The position numbers were made by a program, and so were the translations under genes. DNA of 64,000 nucleotides from Felis catus. Its lineage: Eukaryota. The notes below the pieces were generated by a model. The model worked only from the letters and a program-made list of their open reading frames with translations. It was not told the DNA's origin and searched no databases. Below are positions 62,087 through 64,000 of this stretch, piece after piece (within the stretch, counting starts at the first letter, position 1; the number at the start of each line of letters is the position of its first letter). Location of the stretch: assembly GCF_018350175.1 (NCBI RefSeq), contig NC_058381.1, forward strand, positions 41,292,001-41,356,000. The letters are read 5' to 3'.

Positions 62087-62607
62087 AAAAGAAAATAAAG
62101 TAAACTTGCTTTTTATTTGGTTCATTTGGCCACTTTGAGGATAGTCTGAAGCAGGGCAAGGGTGGAAGCAGGGAGACCAGCTAAGAGGTTTTCCATGAAT
62201 TGAGGCAAGAGATGATTGCCAATTGAAATAAAAATTATAGGCAGTATACATGGTATGATTTTATTTGTACAAAAAAACCATGGTATATGATATGATGTTA
62301 CATGTTACATGTTACAGGAAGTGATGCACAACAAGCTGTGACTGTAACTGAACAATAGGACAGAGACTTTTTCTTCTACTTAATGCAAGTTTGTATTGCT
62401 GGGTTTTGTTTTGTTTTCCACAATAAGCCTATAATTCATTTACAACAAAATTAAACCTTTATAGAAAGATAATATAACAAATACAAGAAGCTATTATTTT
62501 TATATTTTCCATTAAGGTGTGTTTTTCCTATGGATTTTAACACAGTTGTGTTTGTACTTATAACCTATCTGCAATTTTTGTATCCTGCTTTGAAAATTTA
62601 ACATTAC

Positions 62608-63764
62608 AGGGGCACCTGGGTGGCTCAGTCAGCTAAGTGTCCGACTCTTGATTTCAGCTCAGGTCATGATCTCAGGGTTCATGGGTTCGAGCCCTGCATT
62701 GGGCTCTGTGCTGACATCGCAGAACCTGCATGGGATTCTCTCTCTCCCTCTCTCTCTGCCCCTCCCCTGCTCTCTCTCTCTCTGTTCCTCTCTCTCTCAA
62801 AAAAACAAAAAAACAAACTTTAGGGGTACCTGGGTGGCTCAGTCAGTTAAGCGTCCAGCTTTGGCTCAGGTCATGATCTGGCAGTTCACACTTTTGAGCC
62901 CCACGTCAGGCTCTGTGCTGACAGCTCAGAGCCTGGAGCCTGCTTTGGATTCTGTATCTCCCTCACTTTATGCCCCTCCCCCACTCATACTCTGTCTCTC
63001 TCTCTCTCTCTGTCTCTCTCTCAAAAATAAATTAAAAAATTTTTTAAACCTTAAAATTTAACCTTATATATTATTTTTCATTTTGCTACATAATTTTCAT
63101 AATTGTCATTCTCATGGCTGCATTACATCCAATGAGTGACCTTAATGTATTTTTTTTAATTTTAATGTTTATTTATTTTTGACAGAGAGAGAGAGACAGA
63201 GAGAGACAGAGCATGAGCAGGGGAGGGGCAGAGAGAGAGGGAGATACAGAATTTGAAACAGGCTCCAGGCTCCGAGCTGTCAGCACAGAGCCCGACGTGG
63301 GCCTCGAACTCACAGACCGCGAGATCACGACCTGAGCCGAAGTCAGACGCTCAACTGACTGAGCCACCCAGGCACCCCAATGTGTTTCTTTTTTGCTGGA
63401 AATTTCCATCGCTTCCAGTTTTGGTGGTTACATTCATGCTGCCACGAAGAGCTGACTGATGCCTTGTGATAGGGTCTCACAATTGGGATTTCTGAATTAA
63501 AAGAGCATGGCTATTCCATGTCTACTGATTAACATTAGCAATTGCTTTCAATTTTTTTTTTCAATGTTTATTTATTTTTGGGACAGAGAGAGACAGAGCA
63601 TGAACGGGGGAGGGGCAGAGAGAGAGGGAGACACAGAATTGGAAACAGGTTCCAGGCTCTGAGCCATCAGCCCAGAGCCCGACGCGGGGCCCGAACCCAC
63701 GGACCGCAAGATCGTGACCTGGCTGAAGTCGGGACGCTTAACCGACTGCGCCACCCAGGCGCCC
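62608..63764. mobile_element. SINECs: 62608-62817 (+), 62823-63040 (+), 63150-63378 (-), young 63552-63764 (-)
   Basis: SINEC motifs; last copy has TSD TTAGCAATTGCTTTCAA. Confidence 0.88.
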
Positions 63765-64000
63765 TTAGCAATTGCTTTCAAAAAAGGTTGCACATAATTA
63801 CATTCTGCCTCCAGAATGAGAGAGCCTGTTTCACGATGTGTTGGCCAGTATTAGGTATCATATATCTGAGGAACATGGGCTAAAAAATGGCACTTGCCTG
63901 TCATTTTAATTGGCATCATTTGTTACTTGTATATACTGGCTTGCTGTAATAGTTCCTCTTTTGTGAATTTTCTGTTTCCATCCTTTGCTCATTTATCTGC

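Overview
Mammalian genomic DNA, most likely from a felid given the abundant carnivore SINEC elements, including young felid-type copies with perfect TSDs. The window is syntenic with human 17q21 and holds six spliced protein-coding genes in conserved order: RAMP2 (+, 4 coding exons, 176 aa), VPS25 (+, 6 exons, ~176 aa), WNK4 (+, 19 exons, ~1237 aa), COA3 (-, 2 exons, 106 aa), CNTD1 (+, 7 exons, 328 aa) and BECN1 (-, 11 coding exons plus a non-coding exon 1, ~448 aa). Exon boundaries were read from GT/AG sites and reading-frame continuity. Seven N-runs each overlap a coding exon and all have lengths of 4 mod 8, which points to computational masking. Main leads: an unexplained, essentially gap-free ~65-69% identical direct-repeat pair in VPS25 intron 5; a strong-Kozak 19-codon uORF in the BECN1 5'UTR; two U12-type introns (COA3, VPS25); a promoter-like CpG patch in WNK4 intron 1 that could give a kinase-dead isoform; a candidate poison exon in CNTD1; and CNTD1/BECN1 3'-end antisense overlap. 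No prokaryotic-type systems (CRISPR etc.) or RNA genes were found. Comparisons to human or mouse sequences are from memory and need confirmation.
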